A DNA stretch of 64,000 nucleotides, taken from Ptychomitrium polyphyllum (taxonomy: Eukaryota). Positions 38,501 to 51,860 of this stretch are shown here, piece by piece. Position 1 is the first letter of the stretch. The number at the start of each line of letters is the position of its first letter. The notes below the pieces were generated by a model. That model saw only the letters and a program-made list of their open reading frames with translations, searched no databases and was not told the DNA's origin. Location: NCBI GenBank assembly GCA_973851085.1, contig OZ316776.1:14012001-14076000 (forward strand), written 5' to 3'. Both the position numbers and the translations under genes were made by a program.

Positions 38501-39577
38501 ATGCTTATGTCTAATAACCGTCAATTTATTCCAAGTATGGAAATCATTCAAAGACGGATATATTACAGCTTCTACAATTTGAGAACCTAGTAGCAGAGGA
38601 ATTCTTAGTAAAGATGGTAGAACTTCAAGCAACCATGAAGATTCAACTAGAAGAAGTTTAAGAACGGTACAAAGCAGCATCAGATTCAACAAAGAAGGAA
38701 CAATTTCCATTCCAAATTAGTGAGAACGTGTGGCTTCTTTGAAGTAAAATAAAGACCAACAGGCCATTTAATAAATTGGTCTATTATAGGTTGGAATCAT
38801 TTACAATTCAAAAACAAATCAACCATGTGGCATATTGTTTGGCACTACCAACTGCAACAAAGGTACATTCCGACTTCCACGTTTTGCTTTTGGAAGCTTA
38901 TAAGGAATTATATATCTTTGGATAAATGCAGCTGCCACTATGTGTGGTTAAAATCGACGAACATCATAAATTTGAAGTAAAAAAAGTGCTTGATTTACGG
39001 ATAAAATGTACAAATTTGGAATATTTGGTCTATTGGCACAAATGCAACATCAGTAAACGCACATGAGAACCTGGTAACAATCTTGCCAATTTGCCAATAG
39101 AAGTTCATGAGTTCCATTGACAACACCCATGCAAACCAAAAGTAATAATACAAGGAACAGTGGCTTGGAAATATTGCATAACCTTGAAAACTCTTAATTC
39201 TTGGACCTTTAAGTAGGAAAGAAAGCAATTTCTAGATTGCAATTTTTTTGAAGCTCCATGTATGATTTCAAATCAGAGCCTTTATATTTTGAATTTATCA
39301 TATTTTCTTAATATTAGTTTGGTATATTAAATATGAACAATCAAATTGCAAATACCATATTAATGGTATCAATTCAACCAAGTGGCTTTTGTTGACAACC
39401 TCGTGACAAAGAATAGATTGAACTAAGACGACGTCAAAAAATACCTAGCAATAACTTATTTGTGATTATCTTTGAAATGGAGCCACCTTACAAAGGTTAT
39501 TCAGAAGTAATGTTTGAAAGAAGCTTTCACAACAAAGATACAAAATTTCATGCTTGATCCCAAGAGGAAGGCATTGG

Positions 39578-40733
39578 TGTCGCAACCCTTATAATGTACC
39601 TTAACAAACGTCACGCAAGTCAACCTTGTACACTTCCACATGCACATGATTAACCTTCATTTTCATTCTCCAAGTCCCAGGCTTTGTTTCCAATTCTTTC
39701 CATTATTTCTCTTATAACACCCAATTGATTAATAGCCAATGATTAAGTGCGGACTTCCATTCATGTTCAAGGTCTCACTTGGTGTTATTTCCATTCCACA
39801 CGACCTAACCGCACTTAGTGGTGTCTCCTCACCACCACTCATAATCCTCATGTGATCCTAAGATCACCCCGAACTACCATGGTACCAGTATGAAAACACC
39901 ACTTCAATTTAGTGATAACAAGCATACTTTTTAGATCTTACTAGTTCTTTTTGTAAAATCGGTCATCCACCAATTCACAATGGTGTGGGAGTTCTTATGA
40001 TGAAGCCCTAATACTAGCTCCATCCGCCAGGACTCACCTTTAGTTCCTACCGAAACACTATGGAAGTAGGGAGGGGAACCAACCCTCTCCTATAGTATTT
40101 TCTATGGGATTTAGCAAGCCCGCTGGCCCTCTATAGCTGACTGAACTCCAACACATTCAAAACTTTGGAAGACCACCCGATCTCTTTTAGGACTTAGCCG
40201 CTAAAAGCCTCCGGAACTTCCTGCAAACCTTTAGGGAGCCATATTTTCCATGTTTGGTCTCCAAATTTATAAAGTGACCACTTTATTGTCATTTATTATT
40301 TGCGTGGATGCCAATAGACTCCTCAAACGTCCAATTTGATTTGATATTTTTGGAGATATGCCTCTTTCAAGGTTGGAACTCTCGAGGAGTCCCTCACTGC
40401 AATGTCCTAGTCCAGCACAATTACAGTTTAGAGCTGCCATAGTAAAAAGAGCCTTTGGCAACCTCAATTTTATGGTGCTATATCTTTTAGCTGTCTTGTT
40501 TATTTTTATTCTAGTATTCTAGAATCAACTCATTATGAGTCCTTGAATGCCTACAATTTTTCTTTTATAGCCTTCAATCTACATGAACAAGGATATTTCT
40601 CCCTCTCGAGGTCTTTCCCACGCTAGGCTCACTTGAGTCACGTCACTATCAGCGCTACAAATCCTGGACATCACTCTGGATCCTCCTTGTGCCTTTAATA
40701 TTGCGGACACTCTTCAAGAAGAGGTGCGCCACA
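39578..40733 (-). mobile_element. Solo LTR, family A
   Basis: TGTCGCAACCC...GCGCCACA termini, TSD ATTGG/GTTGG. The empty site GGCATTGGACA is visible in the paralogous copy at 29301-29311. Confidence 0.92.
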
Positions 40734-41145
40734 GTTGGACACTATCAGTGGTTACAAAGAGTCATGAACCATTTGAATTGTCAAAGGCAATTGGAATATA
40801 TTATAGACACCATGCGACAAATTTTTTACTACTTACAGCTATGAGTGCTTGTTACAATATGTTCCTTGGAGATCTCGGAATTAGAAAGGGAGGTGATATC
40901 ACAAACATACATATTAGAAGCATCTAGAAAGATTCTTAGAAGGTTTAGAAAGCTTTTAAAGAAGTTATTTAGACTTACAAAGCTTCTAAAGAAGTTATTT
41001 TGGTTTAAAAAAGCTTCCAAGGAGATTACCTCAACTAAGGAAGCTTTCAATGAAGCAACTCAAAATTGCTTCAGTATAAAGCATTGTATTAAAAGCTTCT
41101 CAATAAGCTTCCAAGGCTTGTAATATTAGTATATATAATAGTCGA

Positions 41146-41759
41146 TATCACAGACATAGATCATGGAACATAGTCCTTAGAACATTTTAGAACCTTTTAG
41201 TATACTATAATAGCTTCTTAAAATACTTTTAAATGTCTCCATAGCCTTTCTATGTTCTTAAGAAGCTTCCTAGGAAGTTCCTCCATCTTAGAAAACTTCC
41301 TAGAAAGGTTCTATCATCTTGGGTAACTTCTTTGGAAACTTCCTAGGAAAATTCCTGCACCTTAGGAAACTTCCTAAGAAGGTTCTACCTCTTTAGAAAA
41401 CTTCCTAAAAAGATTCCGCTACCTTAGGAAACTTCCAAGGAAGGTTCCAACTTCCTTGGAAGCTTCTTAGGAAGCTTCCTACATCTTAGGAAATTTCTTG
41501 GGAAAGTTCCTTAAACTTCCAGAACATTCTTAAGCCTTGTAGGAAGCTTCTTTAGAAGTATCCTAGGAGATACAAACGTCATAGTATAAATAGGAGGCAA
41601 GACAAGGTATTCCTTAGTCTTACCAATACAAGTTGTAGATCATCTTGAATCTTGCCTTGTTGTAGTCTTTGTATCAAGTTCTTGTTAATCATTAGTTCTT
41701 TGGAAGCTAATTCTTGGAAAACACTTCGTTTCTGCTTCTTGTTTTTTGTGTCCTTAACA
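41146..41759 (+). mobile_element. Solo LTR, family B, inside a family C LTR
   Basis: Colinear with 6718-7322. TSD GTCGA/GTCCA. Confidence 0.9.
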
Positions 41760-41948
41760 GTCCAGGCTGAAGGAATCTTCATTATTGACAACCCATCTTT
41801 TGTAGTCTAACTCATACATTCTGGCCTTATTTTTGTACCTTATTACAGTTCTTTACTTCTAATATACCTTGAACATATCATGTTCCATTTGTTGAAATTA
41901 TCAAGTTTTGTTTTATTATTATTCTATTTGTAATAATAGTATATGTAG

Positions 41949-42364
41949 TATCATGGATATAATTCATGCATCATAGGCTTTATAACATTCTAAAACCTTA
42001 CGGTACATTGTAGTAGCTTCTATAATACTTTTAATGCTTCTATAGCCATTCTACCTCTTTGGAAAATTTCTTAGGAAGATTTCAATTCTTTAAGAAATTT
42101 CTTAAGAAGATTGCATAAACTTCTAAAACATTCTTAAGCTTCGTAAGAAGCTTCTTTAGAAGTATGCTAGGAAATGTAAGCGTCATAGTATATAAATAGG
42201 AAGCAAGACAAGATATACCTTAATTTTGCCAATACAAATTGTAGTTTATATTGTGACATGCATTTCTTTTTATTTTTGTATCAATTCTTATTAATAACTA
42301 GCTCTTTAGAAGCTAATTCCTGGAAACCACTTTGTATATGTTCTTATTTTTAATGTTCCTAATA
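41949..42364 (+). mobile_element. Older solo LTR related to family B
   Basis: Similar to family B LTRs (TATAAATAGGAAGCAAGAC). Perfect TSD TGTAG (41944-41948 / 42365-42369). Confidence 0.82.
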
Positions 42365-42369
42365 TGTAG

Positions 42370-42527
42370 CAGCGAAGCTAATTACAATGACAAATATATT
42401 GTCATTGTTGTAAACTTTGGATTCTTATTTCAACCACTTTATCTTAGTTGGTGTCTCTGAATGTAGATGTCAACACTTCCATAAAGTCATCAAAGTTGTT
42501 CAACAATAGTGACTTCTTCTCTATTAG
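42370..42527 (-). pseudogene. Short gag fragment of a family B-like element
   Basis: The minus strand reads IEKKSLLLNNFDDFMEVLTSTF, matching MEKQSPLLNNLDAFIEALTSIF at ~7970-8035. Confidence 0.7.
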
Positions 42528-44366
42528 GAAAAAATAAGAAAAATAAAATATAATATTATAATAATAATAACAATAATAATAATACTAATACTTTGAATTG
42601 AGCTAATACAAGAAATCATGCATTAGAGCTTAAATAAAAATGGCTAGTCTAAAAATTTTATTTATTAAAATTAATATTAATTTTGAAATTTGAATTATAT
42701 GCTATTAGGTCCAAAAAAGACTTCTTGTGGTCATTTGTAAAATTGAAATTAGCATTTATGCCTTACACTTTAAACCTTTGGAATTTAAATCTTATGCTTG
42801 AATATAACAACTTGCATTCAAATTTATTTAAATAATTCATCAACTTTGTTGTACAAAGAATTTATCAAAATTTAATTAAAATAGTAATACAATTTTAAAA
42901 GCATTAGGACTTTTTGAAGTGCTTTTGGATCCAAGAAGGTTTTAAAGTGGATTTAATTTTATTTTTTTAAATTTCCCTTTTATATGGAATTGATGGAAGT
43001 TTTATTTTATAAAAATATGATTTATTATATGTTTTAAAAAGCTCTTGTTAATGGCTTTTGAATGATATGTATACAATTTTTTTCTCAAAATATTATGTAG
43101 ACAAATTATATGCAACAACATGCTTTGCATTTAATGCATCTTTATATTTGAAGTATCATCATACTTTTCATTTGAATAGAAAGTAAGATATTTCATTAAT
43201 TCTAATAAATTTTAAAATTCTAAAGATTCTTTTGGACCAAATAACAAATATTTAATGCAATCAAGTATTTTGTACAAAACACTATTATTTTCATTATATA
43301 TCTTTGAATATATATTAAGAACAATCACTTTGAATTGATTGAAATGATGTTTCAAATACAACTCTTTGCATTTGGTACTTTGATTCTTGCAATCATAATT
43401 TAAAAAGTAATTTATTGTAGTATTTCTTTTTTCTGATTTATATTTAATTTTTTAATTTTTAATTTTTTGGAATGCAACTTATACTTATAGACTCTATCGA
43501 AAACATTACGACAACACATATCCGTGTGCTTTATGCTGCCTAAATTTTATAATTAACCCTTAAAAGTGCTAAATGTCATTTCGTTGCTTGAGTAGTGTGG
43601 TCACTGGTCAGTTCTTGGTGTAGTATCACATGTTGAAATGAAGGACTCTGAGTGGGTTTGACACGTCTTGTATGTAGGAGAGGATCTGCCTCAGGCCATG
43701 TGTAAATTGTGCTATCACACATGGCCCCCAGTCGCCCAGGGAAGAAGCATAATTTTACTTTCCTGGATTTCTGCCGTGCTTTTCACACGACCGTGAGAAC
43801 AGAATCTCTCTCAATGTGCTACTTTAGAACGCAGGCTTCATGACAGAGTCGAAGGGAAAGTGTACACTAAATTATTATTATATATAGCTACTTATGTTGG
43901 TGACGGACCAAGGTGACTTGATGATGGAAAGTCATGCATAGGATCGTGGCAGATGGACCTTCTGAAAAGCATTGTCAGGCTGCACAGTATTTGAAAATGG
44001 AACCAAACATGGCTGGTGAGGGCCCATTTGGATCAAAGTTGTCTTTCTGAATCACTAAAAAATTTAGAAAAGAACGGCACTGAGAAAGAGAGAATTTCTA
44101 CAAAGTTAGATGCTTTAAATGCATATTAAAAACTATTATTTCTAGTTATATTTTCTAGTTATAGTTTTGACATTTAATGAAATTTGTACTTGGTATATAT
44201 AAATTTTTAATGCTCTACCAACAGTGATATCTTCAAGTATAATATTAATTAAGATGTGAATAAGAAGATACGATATTGGCAATTTAGGGTGTGCAGGTGC
44301 TGGAAGAAAATGTTGCAAAATGGAAAAGTAGAGGAGAGGAGTGATCACCATAGGTGACGGTGCAAA

Positions 44367-45441
44367 GGAAGTGGAAAGTAGGAAGTGGGAAGTTGGAAGT
44401 TGAAAGTTGGAAGTGGGAAGGGAGAAGGAGGAAGTAGGAAGTGGGAAGTTGGAAGTTGAAAGTTGGAAGTGGGAAGGGAGAAGGAGGAAGTTGGAAGTAG
44501 GAAGTGGAAAGGGGGAAGTTGGAAGTGGGAAGGAGGAAGGGAGAAGTTGGAAGTTGAAAGTTGGAAGTTGAAAGTTGGAAGTGGGAAGGGAGAAGGAGGA
44601 AGTTGGAAGTAGGAAGTGGAAAGGGGGAAGTTGGAAGTGGGAAGGAGGAAGGGAGAAGTTGGAAGTAGGAAGTGGGAAACTGGAAGTAGGAAATGAGAAG
44701 TGGGAAGTAGAAAGGGGGAAGTGGGAAGTAGGAAGGAGGAAATGAGAAGTGGGAAGTGGAAAGGGGGAAGTGAGAAGTGGGAAGGAGGAAATGAGAAGTG
44801 GGAAGTGGGAAATTGGAAGTGGGAAATGGGAAATTGGAAGTGGGAAATGGGAAATTGGAAGTGGGAAGTGGGAATTGGAAAGGGGGAAATAGGAAGGGGG
44901 AAGTGGAAAGGAGGAAGTGGGAAGGGGGAAGTTGGAAGTGGGAAGGAGGAAGGGAGAAGTTGGAAGTTGAAAGTTGGAAGTGGAAAGGGAGAAGGAGGAA
45001 GTTGGAAGTAGGAAGTGGAAAGGGGGAAGTTGGAAGTAGGAAGGAGGAAGGGAGAAGTTGGAAGTAGGAAGTGGGAAACTGGAAGTAGGAAATGAGAAGT
45101 GGGAAGTAGAAAGGGGGAAGTGGGAAGTAGGAAGGAGGAAATGAGAAGTGGGAAGTGGAAAGGGGGAAGTGAGAAGTGGGAAGGAGGAAATGAGAAGTGG
45201 GAAGTGGGAAATTGGAAGTGGGAAATGGAAAATTGGAAGTAGGAAATGAGAAGTGGGAAGTAGAAAGGGGGAAGTGGGAAGTAGGAAGGAGGAAATGAGA
45301 AGTGGGAAGGAGGAAATTGGAAGTGGGAAATGGGAAATTGGAAGTGGGAAGTGGGAATTGGAAAGGGGGAAATAGGAAGGGGGAAGTGGAAAGGAGGAAG
45401 TGGGAAGGGGGAAGTTGGAAGTGGGAAAGGGGAAGGGAGGG
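44367..45441. repeat. Purine-rich heptamer satellite (GGAAGTN-type) with higher-order duplications
   Basis: GGAAGTG/GGAAGTT/GGAAGTA/GGAAATG units. There are only two C residues on the + strand (44680 and 45079). Confidence 0.95.
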
Positions 45442-46574
45442 ACAGAGGATGCAAGTGGCACAATCCGTGCACCCCGCGCGTGCACTTGCACTTACACTTA
45501 CACTGGCAGTAGTAGCAGTAGGAGTAGGAGTTGTGCTCCAATTCTCACAGGCCTGGCCCCTCCCCCTCGCCCCCCCAACTCGGCCCCCCTTGGAAGTCGT
45601 CGCTGGCCGCGGACAACATCCCGGCGCCCGTGCGCAGTGGGCAGATGGGCAGAGTGGGCAGGCAGCCTCTTGTGTGGGGGCCATTTTTTCAGTCAGCTCC
45701 ACCGCAGTCACTGCACTTCTCAGCCACTGCCATGACTACCCCAGTGCCCCCCCCCGCCCACCCTATCTCTCTTTCGTTGTGCTGCCCTCGTTTCTGCACA
45801 ATTCCATAGCGCCTCTTCTTTGCATGTACGCTTGTTTCGTTCCCCTTCGTTCTCACCGCAGCCTGCACCCCCATTCAGCCCATTACTGCTCTCGCCCCAA
45901 CCCTGTATGTTTGCTTCCGCACTTTTAAATCTCTTCTTTTTTGCTGCTGAATTCTTTGACACCGTAGACAGATATAAGATTAATCCACGAACATCGAAAG
46001 AACGAAGGAGAGTTTAGGATATCAGCTTTGAAAGATTGTGGCGACGCAGAGCGCCTGGGATGTCATGCATGTATGAAACAGGTGCCTCGTTGGAGCCCCG
46101 CTGATTGATCGAGAATTTGGCGTATTGTAGACTCCGAAGTATGTCTTGAATACCACATGTCGGGGAATTTATTGCTAGGCTTGGACAATGGACAGGGTGA
46201 TTCCTGAAGAGGATTTATTTTGCTGCACCCGGTTGCGTTCTTTGGGAAGAGTTGGGCAGAGGGGACGCCATCCTCAACGCCGACCCCGTGAAGTACCGGG
46301 TGGACGAGGAAGTTGGGGGGGGGGCCCAAACAGCCTCCTATTTTGGTGGTGCTCATGTCAGTGACTCCCATTGGTCACCCATGCACCCATAATAGGGAGC
46401 GGTCACGGTGCAGCTTCGGTGGTGTCCTGCTGCCGAACTACACCTCTGGTGTTCCTCCTCAGCGTTTGAGAGTGTGTAAGTGACGAGAGGAGAGGAGAGC
46501 AGAGCAGAGCAAAGCAAAGCAGAGAAGAGGACTTAAGAGAGGAGAGCAGAGGGAAGGAGTGCCGCGAGAAATCC

Positions 46575-49500
46575 ATGGCCAGCTCATCTCTGATGATGGG
46601 ATCCTTGGGGGAATTTGCAGGAATTTCCTATTCGAAGCTGCAGAACCAGCGGCTTGGCCTTGCGCAAGGGGAGACGCCGACTTTGCTGGTAGCCATGAAG
46701 AGCGGAGAGCATTCCCCTCACATGGCTCGTAAGAAGAGTCCCTCCATGTCTACTCCAGTGGCGGCAGGCGTAGAAATGGATTCGGGAGAGCGCCGCCTCA
46801 ACGAATTGGGCTACAAACAAGAATTGCGGAGGGAGATGGTAATTGCTTCTCTGAGTTCTCTTCAATTCAATTGCGATCTACTCACAGCGTGATGTTGTGC
46901 ACCTTGTGTTTTCGGCTGGGGTGAGAAAATCGGAGGATCACAAGGGAATTAGGTCGAGTCACACTCTGTGTGAGTATCTCGTCTGTCATTCTTTTAGAGC
47001 ATAATGGCGGTGGCGCAGGTGGTGGTGGTAGTAGTAGCAATATCGTAATAACGAAGATTTCCCTGGAGTCTAAATATTTTACGAGACAGTGAGAGTCTAT
47101 TTATCTAACATTCCTCTGATGTCTGTTGGGGGAATTGCGAATGCTGGGTTTAAAGACGCTTTTCAAATGCCTCGCGATTGCGTTTTCTACTATGTCGTTG
47201 TTCACTGGAATAGTTCCACTGTTTGGGATCAGCTTCATTTATGCAGGGCCAGCTCCACTCGTGTGGGGTTGGGTGGTGGTTACCTTCTTCACGTGGTTCG
47301 TGGGCTTGGCAATGTAAGAGCTTTTCCAAATGTTCTAAACGAGTGTTTTATTTTTATTCTTATCCTTCAAGCATTTTATTGACTGCGCCTTTCAGAGCAT
47401 TTAATTATTACTATAATACATGATCAGACACAAATGTTGGGCAAAGAGATTACCTCGTGGACAGTGTTTTAAAGTTAATCTATTACTGTGCTGATTTGCA
47501 GGGCGGAAATTTGCAGCAGTTTCCCAGTAAGTTTCTGGCCTTTACTCAAACAGGGCTTAGTCTTACTTCATGTTTATAGCATTAGCGGTTGCAATTCCCC
47601 TCAGAAGTGTACGTGTTTTTCTTTTTCTTTTTTTCGATCCACTTCACGATTTATATTCCGTTGTTGTCAGTGTTTCGTTAACTAGACTATGAACGAAGTT
47701 AGTGCGTATGGCTCTCAAGTATAGCTTAACATGTTTTGAAAATAGGTCAGAGCGGCTAGATTTACTGCTTTAACAACCATCAGTTTTGGGCACTTTTCGG
47801 GCAGAGGCAAGGATGTCGAGGATATATAACAATATGTTATATATCCTCATAAAACATATTGCAATCTGGAGATGTTGTGTCCAGAATTTTTTTATTCTCT
47901 TTCGTCGCAGAATATTTATTATGGAATTGTTGCATGCACTGAGTTGGCTTGAGTTTGTCAATAGACTACAGGATCGCTGTATTTTTGGGCGGCTCATTTA
48001 TCTGGGCCCAGATGGGGACCATTAGCATCATGGATATGTGCGTGGCTTGAAGCAGTTGGTTTGATTGCGGGCATTGGAACGCAGGTACTCTATGAAATTT
48101 AACTTTGATTGTCGTATGGTTCATGTCAGGTTGGATGATTACTATTCAAGCAATGGAGTATTGTACACAATGTGCATAATTCGACTGTAGTTTTAACTAG
48201 TCCCTCACAGTGTATACAATTTGACTGCAGTTTTAATTTGTGCATTGCCTAGTATTTACCCGATTCTGTGGATTCATGATATATGAATCCTGGATCTATA
48301 TTATCATTAGCCATTACATATCTTTCTGTGTAACATTTCTTTGTGGTTAGGCATATGCAGGAACTCAAACCTTGCAGAACATTATTCTGCTCTCCACAGG
48401 GACTTTCAAGAATGGAGGATATTTCGCGCCTCGAGGCGTGTTTCTAGCAATTTACATCAGCCTCTGTCTCATTTGGGCCGTTCTCAATAGCTTTGCTCTG
48501 AATCTTATCGCTCTTATTGATATCGTTTCCATGTGGTGGCAGGTTTGTTGCGAAATCCCTATGCTCTCTTGCAATGTGTTATGTATAGGGTCTGTTGGTT
48601 GTATTCCTCGAATGAGATTTGGCCTTTGTTCATTGATTAGATTGTCATGCGTCCGTGGTTCATTTGCAACACTACTTTGATCCACATGTAAAGATTCCTT
48701 AGTGCTCAGTTCTGCTTTCAAACTTTCTTTGCACTGTGATCACCTTTTAGTCTCGCGGATCTGGCGTCTCCATGTGCTCATGAGGAATTAATGAGTTTAA
48801 ATTTCATGAAGCAATCAATAATTTATTATTCTAACGACCTTTGTCTCAGATTGTGGGAGGAATCTTGATTGTTATCATGCTGCCCTTGGTGGCGCCTACT
48901 ACTCAATCTGCCTCATATGTCTTTACGAAGGTTGATATAGCGTCAGCTTCTACAGGGATCACAAGTCCTGTGTACAGTGTTTTGTTGTCTTGGCTTGTAA
49001 GCCAGTATTCACTTTACGGGTATGATGCCGCTGCGCATTTGACCGAGGAAACCAAAAATGCAGATAAGAATGGCCCTCTTGCAATTCTTTCAAGTATTGG
49101 GGTGATTTCAATCGTTGGTTGGGCTTTCATCCTGGCCCTCACTTTTAGTATTCAGGTAGGCACACATTCACTTCCATTGTTACTCCAGGACTTCTTTTTC
49201 TTTGTTGGTTTCTGAAAGTGCGTTTGGCTTTCATTGAAAAGCTGCTCCTGATTTGCCTGTCATAGGTGGTGGTACATATAATTATTTAAAGCACTAAGTT
49301 GTAGAGCTGCTGTTTTCCAGGATCCGAGTTATTTGTTCGACCCTAAAAATGAAACAGCAGGCAGCTTTGTTCCAGCTCAAATATTGTGGGACGCATTCTA
49401 TGGGCGGTATCAGAATGGCACCGGAGCTATTATACTGCTGTTTATTATCTGGGGGTCCTTCTTTTTCGCTGGCCTTTCTATCACTACAAGTGCTGCTCGA

Positions 49501-50283
49501 GTTGTGAGTTGTTCGCTCTTTGATCAGATTCTGCACCCTATCGATTGAAAGGACTACTAGCGAATTGCCAACGAATTGTTTCGTATCCATCTTAGCATAT
49601 TCTTGGTGCACCTGGAAACGCTTTTGTGAATGTTCAAGCATCGAGCAGATCAAGAAATTCGAGAAGTTGGTTATTTTTCTCATTCTATTTGTTGTATCTT
49701 AATCGAAGATCAAAGGGTCCAAATGTTTATGATTCAGAATTCTGGTGATATTGATACGATTCTAAACTTGAGACCATTCTTGTATTGGCAGGTGTATGCA
49801 TTATCTCGGGATGGAGGAGTGCCGTATTCCAAGCAACTTCGCAAAGTGAATCGCAGAGTGCAAGTGCCGGTGAACGCAGTGTGGTTCTCTTGTGCATTTG
49901 CGATTCTTCTGGGCATTCCTGTTCTGAAACTCAGTGTGGTATTCACAGCTATCACCTCAATATGCACGATAGGTTGGGTCGGTGGGTATGCGGTTCCAAT
50001 CTTCGCTCGGATGATCATCAAGTCGGAGAACTTCAAGCGAGGACCTTTCCATTTGGGTGGAGCAAGCCGGATAGTGTGCTTGGTGGCCTTTTTGTGGATC
50101 TGCTACACATGCGTGGTCTTTCTTCTCCCGACGTCATATCCCATCAAACTAGAAACCTTCAACTACTCGCCTATTGCCCTGGGTGTTGTTTTGTTCCTAG
50201 TCATGAGCTGGTGGGTGCTGGATGCACGACATTGGTTCAAAGGTCCTGTCCGAGAAATCTTTGGGGACGATGCACTAGCCTAA
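46575..50283 (+). CDS. BAT1: Amino-acid/GABA permease, BAT1-like (APC superfamily), 8 exons, ~579 aa
   Basis: Exons 46575-46838, 47156-47313, 47502-47526, 47965-48084, 48351-48542, 48850-49155, 49321-49503 and 49792-50283 total 1740 nt with GT-AG introns and the frame preserved. Motifs LNELGYKQELRR, MAEICSSFPTTGSLYFW, YGYDAAAHLTEET and WFKGP. Confidence 0.92.
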
Positions 50284-51439
50284 GTTAGCCTCACCTGCTC
50301 TCACTCTCGCATTCTTCATCAGACTGCCATTATCCTTTCTGCCCTTCTCCACTATCATATTATTCAACTGCATAGTTTCAGAGGAGTGGCGGTTGTATAA
50401 TTTACCTGAATTCTTGGACGATTGTTAGGGTAGTGTGGAAGATTAAATGATTCATAAATATTCCAATTGGATTCTTGTTTAAGAAATGACACCTCATACG
50501 TGGAACTTTCAAGTTCCTCCATTTTGTAACATGTGAGTGACTTGCATCACCATGTTGGGAACTTGAATCAATGTTTCATTGACACTTAATCATAAGAGCA
50601 GTTCTATGCTTTGGTTGTGTGTTGGTTACCTATTTGCAGGAAAAAAATTGAACTTCATTTTTAGTATTGTTACAAATGCACAAATATATTCTAATTTATA
50701 ATAATTGTGAAATGTCCAATATTGGCTCTTATTTAAATAAAGTTATTAGGCAAGCCTTTTCTAAATAAAAAAAGTTATGCAATGTTATTAGTTAAATATT
50801 CTTTAGAAAGAAGTTATGCAAATTACACACTAAAATTCATCTTTGCCATGTATTTGCATTGTTTTGGATGAACCAATGAAGAACATCTACAATATTAAGT
50901 TGAAATAGAGAGCTTCAAACTCTGGACCTCCTTAAAGCTAATAAAGCTTCTCCAAGCAATTTCTTAATTATTTTAGGGTCCAAAGTTCCACCAATTACTC
51001 ATCTACCTAATATTTGAATACTTACTCAAAGGTATTATTTATAGAAAAAATATACTTTAGAAATACAAGGTAAAGAAATTCCACTTTAGAATGTCTTAAA
51101 ATGAATTTTTTTTCATGCTTGCAAATATTAAACTGTTTGACACATATACTAAGGAAATCCTTAAAATCATCCATTTAGTTATCAAACATGCTAAGTTTTA
51201 GATAATCAAAGCAAAAGATGGAATACAAAATACATTCCAAAGAAAATTTAGATTTTGACCAATCCAAATTGTCATAATTGTGCAATTGTCATAATTCAAT
51301 CAACAAAATGATAATGGCACGACACGGAATGTACCAGCACAAACTCAAAACTCAAACTCAAATAGCGAATGAAATCCTGAATGGAATCCTGTATGTATGA
51401 GCTATAATGAAGCTGAAATTTATAAGTTGGTCCTCGTGT

Positions 51440-51860
51440 GCGAAAACGACGCAGGAATAGGAGGGTACCCGGGCCTGCAAAAGGAAACACCAGAGTACGG
51501 CCACGCACGCGTGTGGCGAACGGGGGAGCACGGAAGCGCCACGCGGCACTTCTTAGGAGGAGCGCCGAGGGGCAAGGGGGGACCACCCCACCCTACCCCC
51601 GCGTGCCACGCAGCAGCCTCCAGCATCCGACAAGCGCCCAATGGGGGCCACGGGGGCGCGGGGTGCAGGGGCGCGGGGGCTCCCTCCCTCGCGGGGCTGC
51701 CCTGCAGCTCCCCTCCGTGGTGCCTCCGTGCCTCCGTGCCTCCTTCGCACCCCAGATGTACCTGTTTCTCGTCACCGAGGTCCGCGGTGCTCCCTTTCCT
51801 TCCTTCCTAACTCGCTGTGAGCTTCCCAGGACGCGTGCGTGCTCCCCTTTGCAGTGGCCA
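51440..51860. promoter_or_regulatory. GC/CpG-rich island, probable promoter/5' region of the downstream small gene
   Basis: Abrupt GC- and CpG-rich segment in AT-rich surroundings, ~500 bp upstream of ATG 52343. Confidence 0.4.

Larger units (their letters stand above)
31690..41935 (+). mobile_element. Heavily decayed Tcn1-like element (family C), 5' LTR not found, carrying four later insertions
   Basis: gag ERFDGMRSKFQGFVNQV at 31696, PR/RT/RH/IN remnants at 34314-36930, integrase end and chromodomain at 38501-39150, PPT GAAAGGGAGGTGA, and 3' LTR 40897-41935 split by a solo LTR. Confidence 0.8.

Noticed and set aside
44367..45441. Possible interstitial telomere or CRISPR-like array
   Set aside because: The unit is not TTTAGGG/TTAGGG, and there are no unique spacers between constant repeats.
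44142..45711. Three long minus-strand ORFs (398-475 aa) rich in F/P/L/S/H
   Set aside because: Artefacts of the pyrimidine-rich strand of the heptamer satellite, which cannot form stop codons. All three frames are open.
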